Source: a virus. Taken from it: a stretch of DNA of 64,000 nucleotides. The notes below the pieces were generated by a model that saw only the letters and a program-made list of their open reading frames with translations, did no database searches and was not told where the DNA came from. The position numbers and the translations under genes were made by a program. The DNA lies in the IMG/VR virus record IMGVR_UViG_3300046736_000122, positions 9,277-73,276 of that record, one strand, 5' to 3'. Each line of letters starts with the position of its first letter. Position 1 is the stretch's first letter. Shown piece by piece: positions 36,212-46,129 of the stretch.

Positions 36212-36565
36212 CTAGACCGGGCCGCCGCCGTACCGTTCGTGCGCGGCTTGCTTGCTGATTCGAAGGGCCGCGCCGACCTGCGCCCATGACGCGCCTTGCG
36301 CACGGGCTTCGGCGACGAGTCGCGCCGCGCGAGCTTCTACGGCCTCGCGCTCGCCGGGGATCGCCATGAGTTCGGCGAGCGGGGAGGGCGCCGGGTCTGA
36401 GGCCGCCGTCACGATCGTCGGCCGCTCTCTCAACTTCTCGAATGTCTGTGAGGCAACGACCATCGGCGTGGGCACCGTTTCGGCGTTGTCCACCAGGCAA
36501 ACCGATGGCGAGTCGAAGACCCGGCCGCAACCCGGACAGACGTGCAAGATCACCGGCTCAGGCAT
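36212..36565 (-). CDS. Zn-ribbon + HTH protein
   Basis: CPGCG; EARAQGASWAQVGAALRISKQAAHERY; AAAGGGG RBS. Confidence 0.8.
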   Translation of the reverse strand: MPEPVILHVCPGCGRVFDSPSVCLVDNAETVPTPMVVASQTFEKLRERPTIVTAASDPAPSPLAELMAIPGEREAVEARAARLVAEARAQGASWAQVGAALRISKQAAHERYGGGPV

Positions 36566-36581
36566 GACGAGCGACCCCCCT

Positions 36582-36791
36582 TTACCACAGGCCGGGCGCC
36601 CGGTAGGTCGCCCGTACGCATGCTTGACACTGGCGCAGTCGATCGGAAGGCCGTGGCTGATCGTGCGGCGGTAGCTCGACGTTGCCCGGCGTTAGTTCGG
36701 AGGTGTCGGTCTGTGGTGCTTGCCAGCCCTGCCATGGCTCGCCGCATGCCGTGTTGTTGCCGTCAGCTATGTGTGCGACGTAATCGCTCAC
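36582..36791 (-). CDS. Hypothetical protein
   Basis: GTGA-coupled; HIAD..TACG..CQAC. Confidence 0.6.
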   Translation of the reverse strand: MSDYVAHIADGNNTACGEPWQGWQAPQTDTSELTPGNVELPPHDQPRPSDRLRQCQACVRATYRAPGLW

Positions 36792-37132
36792 GCTGCGTGC
36801 GCTACGCCGTGGTTCGCGCCGCCGCACGAGCAGTCGCAGGCGGGGCCGGTGGCGGTCGTGCAGCGCGCGTCGCACTTGTGGTCCGGGACGAGGCGACCCT
36901 TGACGGACGCCAGACGGTAGACGCCGTGCTCCGGGCAGCGTGCGGAGACTGCAACCCCGTTGAGGATGAACGGGAGGGCGGCGTCGTACGTGGCGCCGGC
37001 CGCGGTCAGGAGAGCGTTGTCGCCGTCGCGGCGGTAGGAGGAGTCAAGATCCTGCACGTCGGCGCCGAGGACGTAGGTCGCGTGCTTGCAGCCCTTCGTC
37101 TTGCACTTGCCGAGGTAAGCGGTGGAGTTCAT
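36788..37132 (-). CDS. Cys-rich Zn-binding protein, leaderless
   Basis: KCDARCTTATGPACDCSCGGANHG; ATG 6 nt after TAGTCT. Confidence 0.75.
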   Translation of the reverse strand: MNSTAYLGKCKTKGCKHATYVLGADVQDLDSSYRRDGDNALLTAAGATYDAALPFILNGVAVSARCPEHGVYRLASVKGRLVPDHKCDARCTTATGPACDCSCGGANHGVAHAA

Positions 37133-37180
37133 GCGTCAAGACTACCTGACGCCGCGCGGTGTGTCAAGACATCCTGACGC
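37133..37180 (-). promoter_or_regulatory. Sigma-A promoter TTGACA-N17-TAGTCT covered by two operator-like dyads
   Basis: GCGTCAAGACTACCTGACGC 37133-52 and GTGTCAAGACATCCTGACGC 37161-80. Confidence 0.85.
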
Positions 37181-37200
37181 GCCGTCGCTCCGCTCGACGA

Positions 37201-37231
37201 TGGACTCGCGGCCCTGACCCACACCTAGCGT
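37201..37231 (+). promoter_or_regulatory. Promoter-like TGGACT-N19-TAGCGT, leaderless
   Basis: Matches 32393-32423; GTG 37239 7 nt downstream. Confidence 0.6.
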
Positions 37232-37238
37232 TGGCCGG

Positions 37239-37406
37239 GTGAAGCAGCCCAGCATCCTCGACGCTTTCAAGCCCGGCCCGACGTGCATCGGTCACTGCGT
37301 CGACGGCCACGTCTGCGAAGAGCACCCGGACATGCCGTGGCCGCACACGGCGTGCGACGCGGCGGGGATGCCTTGCCCAGACTCGGATTGCCGCGGCGAT
37401 GCCTGA
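37239..37406 (+). CDS. Small Cys/His-rich protein (55 aa)
   Basis: Manual translation ..VCEEHPDMPWPHTACDAAGMPCP.. Confidence 0.6.
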   Translation: MKQPSILDAFKPGPTCIGHCVDGHVCEEHPDMPWPHTACDAAGMPCPDSDCRGDA

Positions 37407-38973
37407 GCCCGCCTTTTTGAGCGGCGATCAGGTGCCCGACTACCTGCGCGGCGTCGAGCTCATGACGGCCGGGATGGAGTGGCCTGCGATGAGCGGCCCG
37501 ACCACTGTCACGATGGCGCACCTTGCCGATGCGGTCGAGGCGGCCAACAACGACCCGCACGTCCAGCTGCCGCGGATCAAGCTCGGCCACACGTCGCCGC
37601 TCAACGGCGACCATCCGGACTTCGACCCGTTTGCGGCCATCGGTGACGCGGAGCCGAGCTTCGGCCAGTTCACGAACCTGCGCCTTGAGAATGACGGCGC
37701 GGTGCTCGTCGGCGACGCGACGAACGTCCCGGCATGGCTCGCCGCGATGGCGCCGTCCGCCTACCCGAACCGTTCGGCGGAGGCACCGTGGCAGGTCGAG
37801 TCGCCGCTCACCGATGTGCAAACGCCCGGAGGCAAGCGGTACTCAATGTGCATCAGCGCGGTGAGCTTTCTCGGCGTCGTGCTTCCCGCCATCTCAGACC
37901 TTGAGGACCTCGAAACTCTCGTGACTTCCGGCCCCGCCGCACTCGCCTCGAAGACCGCGGCACCCGCCGCCGCGGGCGATGCGCCGCCCTCGGCCATGAG
38001 CATCAGCGAGGACGAGATCCGGCAGCGCTTCAACTGGGACTGGGCGATGGACCCCGAGAACGAGGTTGACGCCTATTGGTGGTGGTGCCGCGAGGTCCGC
38101 GTCACCGAGGGCGAGGTCATCGCCGACGACGACGAGGGCCACCTGTTCGAGGTGCCGTTCACCGAGGCCGATGGTGTCGTGACGTTCGGCGAGCCCGCGC
38201 AGGTCCGCAAGACGTACATCCCGGTCGCCGCGTCCACGACGCAGGTCGCGTGTTTCGCGCGGCCATCCAAGCCTCAGCGGCCACCGGCCGCCGCAACCTC
38301 ACCACTCGCCGCGATCGTGCGGCCCGACCCCGAAGGGGGAACCATGGACGAGAACGTCCGCCAGTTCCTTGAGGGCCAGGGGCACGACCCCGCCACGGCC
38401 ACCGAGGCGCAGATCAAGGCCGCGGAGGAGTTCATCGCCGCGTTCCCCGCCGCACCCGCCGAGCCGCCGGCCGACGAGCCGGAGGAGATCCCGACGGGCG
38501 AGGCAGCGGACGACGAGCCGGCCGGCGAGGCCGAAGCGGAGCCCGGGGCCGAGCGTGTCCCGGTCGCTGCGGCCCGCCAGGTCCCGGACGGCATGAGCCT
38601 CATCGACAGCGCGACGCTTGCCGATTTGAAGGCCGGCGCCGCCGCGGGCACCCAGCTCGCTCGCGAGAAGGCGACCGACACGCGCGACCGGATCCTTTCC
38701 GCCGCCCGCGACGAGGGACGCTTCCCGCCGGCACGGCTGGCGCACTACCGCACGATGTACGACGCGGACCCGGAGGGCACCACGGTGCTGCTCACCGCCG
38801 ACGAGGACAAGGGCGGCCTCGCGAAGGGAACCGTGCCGCTCGCCGCGCGCGCAGAGGTCACCGCGCAGGACGCCACCGGCGTCAAGTACGGCGAGGACGG
38901 CCTGCTCGCTCCGAACCTGTCCCTGCTCACCCCGTCCAAGCGCGCCGAGCTTCTCGCTCGCCGCGCCATCTAG
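37399..38973 (+). CDS. Prohead protease/scaffold protein
   Basis: IKLGH, YPNRSAE, FLGVVLPAI protease-like N-part; acidic scaffold-like C-part; position before capsid genes. Confidence 0.75.
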   Translation: MPEPAFLSGDQVPDYLRGVELMTAGMEWPAMSGPTTVTMAHLADAVEAANNDPHVQLPRIKLGHTSPLNGDHPDFDPFAAIGDAEPSFGQFTNLRLENDGAVLVGDATNVPAWLAAMAPSAYPNRSAEAPWQVESPLTDVQTPGGKRYSMCISAVSFLGVVLPAISDLEDLETLVTSGPAALASKTAAPAAAGDAPPSAMSISEDEIRQRFNWDWAMDPENEVDAYWWWCREVRVTEGEVIADDDEGHLFEVPFTEADGVVTFGEPAQVRKTYIPVAASTTQVACFARPSKPQRPPAAATSPLAAIVRPDPEGGTMDENVRQFLEGQGHDPATATEAQIKAAEEFIAAFPAAPAEPPADEPEEIPTGEAADDEPAGEAEAEPGAERVPVAAARQVPDGMSLIDSATLADLKAGAAAGTQLAREKATDTRDRILSAARDEGRFPPARLAHYRTMYDADPEGTTVLLTADEDKGGLAKGTVPLAARAEVTAQDATGVKYGEDGLLAPNLSLLTPSKRAELLARRAI

Positions 38974-38982
38974 GAGATCGCC

Positions 38983-39366
38983 ATGCCAGCTCGTGATCCG
39001 ATCTACGATCCCGGCCACGCGATCTCCGGCCGCGCGACCGGCGCGGCCGTCACCGCGTTTCGCTTCGTCATGGTCGCCGCGACGAAGCCCGACGGTGAGC
39101 CGACGCCGATCAAGCACGCGCTCGCGGCCAAGTGGCCGATCGGCGTCGTCGCGGACGCCGGAGTGCAGGACGGACCGCCGATCCCGGTGTACGGTACCGG
39201 CTTCGTCTGCACCGTCCTCGCGGGCGGCACCGGCGTCACCGCCGGCGAGGCGGTCGAGGTGCTCGACACGGGCACCATTCAGGACTTGGCGTCCGGCCAC
39301 AAGGTCGGCGTCGCCATCTCAACCGCGGCAGCGGCGGCCTACGCCCTTGTCCGCGTCTCGATCTAG
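38983..39366 (+). CDS. Capsid decoration/cement protein
   Basis: IGVV..VTAGEAV..VGVAIS pattern; AGGAG RBS; between scaffold and capsid. Confidence 0.7.
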   Translation: MPARDPIYDPGHAISGRATGAAVTAFRFVMVAATKPDGEPTPIKHALAAKWPIGVVADAGVQDGPPIPVYGTGFVCTVLAGGTGVTAGEAVEVLDTGTIQDLASGHKVGVAISTAAAAAYALVRVSI

Positions 39367-39379
39367 GAGGGGCTGAGTC

Positions 39380-40348
39380 ATGCCAACCACAGTCGGCAGC
39401 GTCCCCGTCGGGACGCAGACCACCGCCACGGGCGACACCATCTCGGTGTCGTACCTGCGCGAAAACCCGCTCGTGCTCGCCGGCCGGCTCGGCGAGGTCA
39501 TGGAGCTTGAGTACTTCGTCGACCTGATCCTGCCGAACGTCGGCACGCCGAAGAGCGGCGTGATCGTCTACCGCGAGGCCGACCCGACGCGGATGACGCT
39601 CAACCGCTCGGCGGAGGAACTCGCGCCGGACGCCGAGGTCCCGCTCGCTGGGATCGTCGAGGGTGACCTGAAGTACGCCATCGCGAAGACCGACGGCCTC
39701 GGTATGGTCATCACCGACGACGAGGCCGACGAGAACCAGCTGTTCGTCGTGGAGGACAAGGAACTCGCGCTCGCGAACAGCATGTCGGACCGCTTCAACT
39801 CGCGCGGCGTCACGGTCATCAAGGCCGCGATCACGGCGAACTCGCGGACGTTCGATGTCGGCGCGGGCGACTGGTCGGCGCTCGTCACGGACGGTGCGAA
39901 CCCGGATCCGCTGTCGCTGTGGCCGCACGCGCAGATCGCGCAGATTCGCGCGCAGCAGACGGTCGACCGGATCCCGTGGCGTTTCAACGGGATGCTCGCG
40001 CACCCGATGGAGATCTGGCGGCTGTCGACGATCTACCTCAAGAACGCGGGTGTCGGCGGCGAGGCCCCGGTCCCCTCCGCGGCGGTCCTCAACGCGCTCG
40101 CCGGGAAGCTCGGCCTGGACCTCATCGTCGAGGACAACACGGGCGGCATCGAGCGCGGCAAGCCGATCCTGTTCAGTCGCGGCCACGTCGGCGGGACGGG
40201 CTGGCAGAAGCCGATCAACGTCGAGAAGATCCCGGAGCGCGGACGGCGCCGCACCCGCTTCGATGCGGTTGGCAAGGCCGTGTACTTCGTGAACAACCCG
40301 TACGGCCTCCTGCAGCTCGAAGGCACTGCCGATCAGGATCTCGCGTGA
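39380..40348 (+). CDS. Major capsid protein
   Basis: 322 aa, AGGAGG RBS, AEELAPDAEVP, synteny. Confidence 0.8.
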   Translation: MPTTVGSVPVGTQTTATGDTISVSYLRENPLVLAGRLGEVMELEYFVDLILPNVGTPKSGVIVYREADPTRMTLNRSAEELAPDAEVPLAGIVEGDLKYAIAKTDGLGMVITDDEADENQLFVVEDKELALANSMSDRFNSRGVTVIKAAITANSRTFDVGAGDWSALVTDGANPDPLSLWPHAQIAQIRAQQTVDRIPWRFNGMLAHPMEIWRLSTIYLKNAGVGGEAPVPSAAVLNALAGKLGLDLIVEDNTGGIERGKPILFSRGHVGGTGWQKPINVEKIPERGRRRTRFDAVGKAVYFVNNPYGLLQLEGTADQDLA

Positions 40349-40352
40349 TCGC

Positions 40353-40682
40353 GTGAGCCCGCTCATCGAGATCACGGCGGTCGGGGCGCTCATCACGCCG
40401 GAGGGATCCGACCGGCCGCGCAACAGGTCGCGCGGCGATCAGGTGGCGGTGTCCGAGAAGGATGCCGCCCGCCTGGTCGGTCGTGGTACGGCGATCATCG
40501 TCGACGCGCCGGCACGGGCGCCGGGCGAGTTCGACCCGGAGGCGCCGCTGCCCGACCTGCGGAAGTTCGCGGCCGACCACGACCCGCCGATCGAGCTGCG
40601 CGACGCTCGCAGCAAGGCCATGGTCATCGAGGACATCGAGGCCGCGTTGACCGACCCCGAGAGCGAGGCACCCGATGGCTGA
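40353..40682 (+). CDS. Post-capsid small protein (HeH/Rho-N-like tail)
   Basis: AARLVGRG; PDLRKFAA..IEL..SKAMVI. Confidence 0.6.
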   Translation: MSPLIEITAVGALITPEGSDRPRNRSRGDQVAVSEKDAARLVGRGTAIIVDAPARAPGEFDPEAPLPDLRKFAADHDPPIELRDARSKAMVIEDIEAALTDPESEAPDG

Positions 40683-41289
40683 CCTGATCTGGCGCAACCT
40701 GCTGCGCAACGTCGCGGGCGCCATTCGCATGAACGCCGACCCCGCTGGCGTGGCGTCCACGGTGCACGCGAGCGCGTCGGATCCGTTCACGCGCGGCCTG
40801 AAGCGCGACTCGACGGGCCGCCTGCTCGTCGCCCTGGAGGGATGGTCGCCGGGCGGTGCTGTCGTGGCGGTCGAGAAGTCGTTCACGGAGACGACGGGCG
40901 CCGGGACGACCTACACGGCCACCGTGCCCCTGCCAGCGGGTGCGACGCTGTTGGATGTCATCGTCAACGGCGTGGCACTCTGGACGGCCGGCACGTCGGC
41001 CACCATGATCGTCGGCGACGGCACGGACCCCGACGGCTACTACACCGCGGTGGACCTGAAAGCCACGGATCTGCTGGCCGGGGAGTCGCTGTCGTTCGCG
41101 CTCGCGGGCGGCAAGGCCGGCGCGTACATCGCGAGCTCGCAGGTGTCGCCACGGTACTCGGCTGCGGCACGCGACATCATCGGCGTCGTCACGCGCGCCG
41201 GGACCGTCGGCACCGCTGGCCGTACGCGGATGACGGTCGTCTACTCGGCGCCGGTGGTTGCCGAGGTCGGCGCGGCCGCGAAGGCCTAA
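40675..41289 (+). CDS. Virion structural protein
   Basis: LPAGATLLDV..VGDGTDPDGY..AGRTRMTVVY beta-sandwich pattern. Confidence 0.65.
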   Translation: MADLIWRNLLRNVAGAIRMNADPAGVASTVHASASDPFTRGLKRDSTGRLLVALEGWSPGGAVVAVEKSFTETTGAGTTYTATVPLPAGATLLDVIVNGVALWTAGTSATMIVGDGTDPDGYYTAVDLKATDLLAGESLSFALAGGKAGAYIASSQVSPRYSAAARDIIGVVTRAGTVGTAGRTRMTVVYSAPVVAEVGAAAKA

Positions 41290-41298
41290 GGGCCGGAC

Positions 41299-41550
41299 GT
41301 GGCCAACACGTTTGGGTATGCCGCCGGGACTGCCGTGGGCACGGTCGATGTACCAGCGAACGCGCGGCTCCGGACGGTGTCGGTAGTCGCGGCCGGCTCC
41401 GCGGCCACGCTCACGATCGCCGGGGGCGCGCCGATCACGGTGCCGGCGGGCCAGTCGTTCACGGATCAGATCGTTGGTGATGTGCCGTCGGGCGCGGATG
41501 TCGTGATCGGCGGCACCCCGGCTTCCTACTTCGTGTCGTGGATGACCTGA
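41299..41550 (+). CDS. Small virion protein
   Basis: Beta-rich, in head module. Confidence 0.55.
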   Translation: MANTFGYAAGTAVGTVDVPANARLRTVSVVAAGSAATLTIAGGAPITVPAGQSFTDQIVGDVPSGADVVIGGTPASYFVSWMT

Positions 41551-42122
41551 TGGGGTTCGGACCCGCAGCGGGAGCAACCGGTGCAACCGGCGCCACTGGT
41601 GCTGCGGGAGCCACTGGAGCCGCAGGCGCTACTGGCGCCACCGGGGCAACGGGTCCAGCGGGTGGCGCCGCGCTGTTCACGCACTTCGCGAGCGCAGGGA
41701 ACACGGGCACCGCGGAAACGGATCTCTACTCGGACACTGTGGCCGGCGGGACGCTTGCCGCGAACGGCGACGTCATCACCGCGCGGGTCGCGGGCGTTCT
41801 CGTGTCGTCCGGGACAGCGACACGCCAGCTGCGCGCGTACTACGCCGGGCAGGTCATCTTCGATTCGGGTGCGTTGTCGGTGTCGACGGCAAGCGACTGG
41901 CTCATGGATGTGCAGATCATCCGTGTGTCCGCGTCGGTCGTCAGGTTCGCCGTCGCGCTGACGTTGACGGGCGCGTCCCTGGGCGCGTACGCGAACGTGG
42001 ACGAGTTGTCGGGGTTGACGCTGAGCGCGTCGGCGGTGCTGAAGACGACGGGTCAGGCGGCGGGTGTGGGCGCGGCATCGGATGATGTTGTCGCGATGTT
42101 CGCGACGGTCAGGAAGGCTTGA
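41550..42122 (+). CDS. Collagen-like repeat virion protein
   Basis: About ten G-A-T/A triplets at N-terminus; TGATG overlap. Confidence 0.7.
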   Translation: MGFGPAAGATGATGATGAAGATGAAGATGATGATGPAGGAALFTHFASAGNTGTAETDLYSDTVAGGTLAANGDVITARVAGVLVSSGTATRQLRAYYAGQVIFDSGALSVSTASDWLMDVQIIRVSASVVRFAVALTLTGASLGAYANVDELSGLTLSASAVLKTTGQAAGVGAASDDVVAMFATVRKA

Positions 42123-42159
42123 GCATGGCGTTGGAGGCTCGGCTTAGGCGGGCCGCGGC

Positions 42160-45117
42160 GTGACCGCGGTATCGCAGCGCCCGGCCAGCCTGATCACGTT
42201 CGAGCCGGGCGGATCGATCGCGGCCACGAACGTCCGCGACGCCATCCTCGAGGCCGCGTCCGAGGCAGCAGGCAACGCGCAGGAAGTGCAGGACGCACTA
42301 GACGCACTGACCGCGCTTGTCGCGACGGACAGCGAACTTGCTGCCGCGGTCGCGACACTGACGGCGAGCATCGCGGCGAAGCAGGACGCGGCTACAGCAG
42401 CGACCGATGCGGAGCTTGCGAGTGCCGTGTCGACGCTGAACGCAGCGATGGCAACGGACTCCGAGCTCGCGTCGGCCGTGGCGTCGTTGACCACGAGCAT
42501 TGGCCTCAAGCAGGACGCGCTCACAGCCGCGACGGATGCCGAGCTAGCCGCGGCGGTGGCGGCGATCAACGCCGTTGGGGCGACAGACGCTGAAGTGGCG
42601 GCTGCGGTTGCCGCGCACACGGGCGCATCGAGCGGCGCGCATGCGGCGTCGGCGGTGTCGGTCGCGGGGTTGACCAGTCTGACCGGAGGAACCGTGCAGG
42701 CGGTCCTAGCCAACGTGGACACGCGGCTCCCAGCGGCGGAAAGCAATAGCGCGACGGCGGCTCAGAAAGCTGCCAATCTGAACGACCTCGCGAGCGCTGC
42801 GACGGCTCGCACGAACCTCGGGCTCGGCACGGCGGCGCAGCAGGCGCTCGACACCGATGCGACGATGGCGGCGGACTCCGACACCCGCGTCCCGAGTCAG
42901 AAGGCGGCACGCGCATACGTGCTTGCCAACGCGGGCGCGACTCCAGCGGCCACCACGGCGGTGCTGGGCAAGGTCAAGCTCGGTTCGCCTCCGCGCGATC
43001 CCGCCAACCCGGTCATCGCGATCCCGCGCACCACGGCCGACCGTTGGGTTCCGCGCCGCCGCATCCGATCGAACTTCACGGGCGACGCCACGAAGGCGAT
43101 CACGGGCGTAGCAGCTACCGGCGTGTTCTCAGCCGCAGCGCACGGCTACGTGGACGGTGACCTGCTCGTGTTCGCTCTGACGACGGGCGGCTCAGGTCTG
43201 ACCGCCGGGCTGCCGTACTACGTCGCTGGCAGCACGGAGCGCACGACAGCGATCGCTGGTACCAACAACGATTTGATCTTCACGTCACGCATCCAAGGCG
43301 GCTCAGACATCACGATTCGCTACGTCGTCGCGGGCACGTTGACGCCCTTGACGATCACCGTGGCGGGCAAGGCAATCACGGTCAATGTCGCAACGGACGC
43401 CGGAGGCGCCGCTACCTCGACGGCCGCGCAGGTCACGACGGCGGTCAACGCCGACGCTGTCGCGTCGCTGCTCGTGTCCGCGGCGAACGCCGCCGCGAAC
43501 GACGGGACGGGCGTGGTCGCAGCGATGACCGCGATTGCGCTGTCGACGGCGGGCGGCACGTTCACGGTCGCCGCACGGCCGGGAGGACCGGCGGTCGTCT
43601 TCACGTCGGATCTCACGGCAGGGACCGCGGCTCGCAAGCGCGATGGCTATCTCTTCAACTTCGAGAACATGATCTACACGACGTCGGCCTCTCGCCCCGC
43701 GCTGAGAGCAGCCGACGGCGGAACCGCCACCCCGGCGTCGCTGTTCACGAAGCAGGCTGACTTTCGCGACTGGGAGATCCGGCTGCGCTACCGCCCGGCG
43801 AACGGCACGACGACCGGCACGACGGACTACGGCCCCGGCCTGTACGGCGGCTACGAGGACCTCAACAACTGCTGGCAGGCGACGCAATATCACGCCTCTG
43901 GGAACCCAGTAATAACGATGGGCGCGACTGTCGCGGGGACGCTCTCAAGCACCAACCCGCCCACGGATGTCTCGCCTCGCGCGACCACCGTAGATCGCAT
44001 CGTGCGGCTCAGGAAGGTCGGCGACTGGATCGCGGTGAAGGACTGGCGCGTCGACCAGGCCGAGCCCGACTGGCAGCGCGAGCTGCGTATCCGCCCGCCG
44101 ATCGGAGGCGTGAGTCCGAACACGACGACCGACAACCCCGAGCGCGGCGCGTGTGGGATCAGGGATGTCTTCTGTGGGGCGTACTTCTTGGAGTTCGCCG
44201 CCACCGAGCTTGTGCGCGAGAACGTGAACATGCTGCACAACGGCGATCTCGCGAGGATCGACTGCGGCCACACGGCCGACGTTCCCAAGGTCGTGACCGG
44301 CGTTGGCGCAACCGGCATCTTCACGGTCGCCAGCCACGGCTACTCAGCGGACGATCTCGTGGTCTTCGCAGGCATGGCAAGCCGCGTCAACGACTACGGC
44401 ATCGTCCCGTACCGCAGCTACTTCGTCGTCGCGGCCAACCTCGCCACGAACACCTTCAGTGTCTCTACCACGCGCGGCGGTGCTGTCCTGACGTTCACGC
44501 CAGACCTCGCGGTCGGCTACGTCATCCGCAACCCGGTCCCTGCCCTCTGGACTCGTCCGACGGCGGCGCTGCTCAGCGGCAACCGACTGGAGATCGAGCA
44601 CGTCGCCGGGCCGGACGGGTCTGTGCGCCCTGCGTTGTCGATGGTCTGCGTGACGCCGAACGATCCGAACCTGTCCTGGTTTCAGTGCGTATGGAACCCG
44701 CTCGCGTCCGGTGCGGGCGGCACGAACCAGCGGATGGACCCGCACCCGCAATCGCTTCCGGCGCGGCGCTTGGAGTTCTCCTGCTGGACGAAGGGTGCGA
44801 ACACGGCTATCCAGACGAACGGGCTCGGCGCGACGTTCGACATCTACATGTACGACGCCTACGTGCTGTCGAACAAGATGGAGCGCCAGACCTACCACCC
44901 CGGCCTGCAACCGTCGACCGCCGTGGACGCCGCCGACCCGGCGTCTTACGACGGCGCGCAGACGGTCGGCTCATGGGGCTGGACGTGGATCAGGTCGGAG
45001 ATCGAGATCCCGCAGTTCGAGGCGCTGCACCAGATGCGCGCGCAGATTCTCTACCACGAGGCCACGGACACGGGCAACGTCTACGTCATGGATCCGTGCC
45101 TGCGGCCCATCGGGTGA
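42160..45117 (+). CDS. Large mosaic fibre/appendage protein
   Basis: ATDxELAxAV repeats, ARTNLGLG fibre motif, repeated HGY..D..VF modules, C-terminal beta domains. Confidence 0.75.
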   Translation: MTAVSQRPASLITFEPGGSIAATNVRDAILEAASEAAGNAQEVQDALDALTALVATDSELAAAVATLTASIAAKQDAATAATDAELASAVSTLNAAMATDSELASAVASLTTSIGLKQDALTAATDAELAAAVAAINAVGATDAEVAAAVAAHTGASSGAHAASAVSVAGLTSLTGGTVQAVLANVDTRLPAAESNSATAAQKAANLNDLASAATARTNLGLGTAAQQALDTDATMAADSDTRVPSQKAARAYVLANAGATPAATTAVLGKVKLGSPPRDPANPVIAIPRTTADRWVPRRRIRSNFTGDATKAITGVAATGVFSAAAHGYVDGDLLVFALTTGGSGLTAGLPYYVAGSTERTTAIAGTNNDLIFTSRIQGGSDITIRYVVAGTLTPLTITVAGKAITVNVATDAGGAATSTAAQVTTAVNADAVASLLVSAANAAANDGTGVVAAMTAIALSTAGGTFTVAARPGGPAVVFTSDLTAGTAARKRDGYLFNFENMIYTTSASRPALRAADGGTATPASLFTKQADFRDWEIRLRYRPANGTTTGTTDYGPGLYGGYEDLNNCWQATQYHASGNPVITMGATVAGTLSSTNPPTDVSPRATTVDRIVRLRKVGDWIAVKDWRVDQAEPDWQRELRIRPPIGGVSPNTTTDNPERGACGIRDVFCGAYFLEFAATELVRENVNMLHNGDLARIDCGHTADVPKVVTGVGATGIFTVASHGYSADDLVVFAGMASRVNDYGIVPYRSYFVVAANLATNTFSVSTTRGGAVLTFTPDLAVGYVIRNPVPALWTRPTAALLSGNRLEIEHVAGPDGSVRPALSMVCVTPNDPNLSWFQCVWNPLASGAGGTNQRMDPHPQSLPARRLEFSCWTKGANTAIQTNGLGATFDIYMYDAYVLSNKMERQTYHPGLQPSTAVDAADPASYDGAQTVGSWGWTWIRSEIEIPQFEALHQMRAQILYHEATDTGNVYVMDPCLRPIG

Positions 45118-45249
45118 CCGCGATCGAGACTGTCGCTTTGCGTCGAGGGAAGGAATCCGTGCCGGGCTGAGCGAGTAGGCTCCCGCGCCCATAGAACGCC
45201 CCCGCGCGATTGGCGTCGCCGGGGGCCGGCACAAGGAGCCCTACTCCTC

Positions 45250-45380
45250 ATGCTCGACCAACGTACCGCGTTCGCGGTGCCGGACCGCGCTGTCCTCGAT
45301 GTCTGCGGCCGCCGCCGCTCCCCCGCGACGTTCCCCGAGTTTCACCGGGGCCGCAAGCCGAAGAACGCCGGGCAGAAGGT
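45250..45380 (+). pseudogene. N-terminal fragment of a tyrosine recombinase (end approximate)
   Basis: LDVCGRRRSPATFPEFHRGRKPKNAG resembles N-termini of a short actinobacterial tyrosine recombinase family (from memory); AAGGAG RBS. Confidence 0.55.
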
Positions 45381-45424
45381 GGCTCGCGTGTCCTGCGTCC
45401 GGTGGCCCTGGAACAATGTGATGC

Positions 45425-46126
45425 ATGACCGAACCTCTCGACGCGTTAGGCCGTAAGCGGCGCCGCACAACTCCATGGCAGGAGCGCTTCTGGCGCTTCG
45501 TCACACCGGGCGCTCCCGACGCATGCTGGGAGTGGAACGGCAGCCGAAACGAGCACGGCTACGGCAAGCTGAACGGCGGCAGCGGGCGCATCCTCAAGGC
45601 GTCGCGCGCCTCATACGAGCTGCACTACGGGGTCGACCCCGGCGACCAGGACGTGTTGCACACTTGCGACAACCCGCCGTGCGTGAACCCCGCGCACCTG
45701 TTCCTAGGCGACGCGGCGGCGAACGCTCAGGACATGGCGCGCAAGGGACGCGCACCGGCCCAGAATGGCCAAAGCCTGCTCATCGAACGCATCACCGACG
45801 CGCAGGTCCGCGAGTTGCGCGAGCGGGCGGCGACGGGCGAGGCGTACGCGGCGCTAGCGGCCGCCTACGGGATCAAGCCTGAATACGCCGGGATGCTCGC
45901 CAACGGGTATGCGCGTCCAGGAGCCGGTGGACCAGCCACACGCCGCGTTGGCGGTGGCCCACCGAAGTTCTCCGACGCGACCATTCGCGAGATCCGCGAA
46001 CGCGTTGCGGCCGGCGAGCCGCAGAAGAACGTTGCACAACGCTTCGGCATGGGCAGCGGCTTCGTCTCGCTCGTCGTCACGGGCAAGCGACGCGCGGCAG
46101 CCGGCGGCCCGATTCGCTCCACGTAG
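45425..46126 (+). CDS. HNH homing endonuclease with two C-terminal HTH repeats
   Basis: CWEWNG..GYG..VLHTCDNPPCVNPAHLFLGD..N. Confidence 0.92.
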   Translation: MTEPLDALGRKRRRTTPWQERFWRFVTPGAPDACWEWNGSRNEHGYGKLNGGSGRILKASRASYELHYGVDPGDQDVLHTCDNPPCVNPAHLFLGDAAANAQDMARKGRAPAQNGQSLLIERITDAQVRELRERAATGEAYAALAAAYGIKPEYAGMLANGYARPGAGGPATRRVGGGPPKFSDATIREIRERVAAGEPQKNVAQRFGMGSGFVSLVVTGKRRAAAGGPIRST

Positions 46127-46129
46127 AGG

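Noticed and set aside
37991-37999. CGGCCATGA inside the protease gene (and at 53440 in the tape measure gene)
   Set aside because: Not at a gene junction, so excluded from the motif count; an internal start at 37996 cannot be supported
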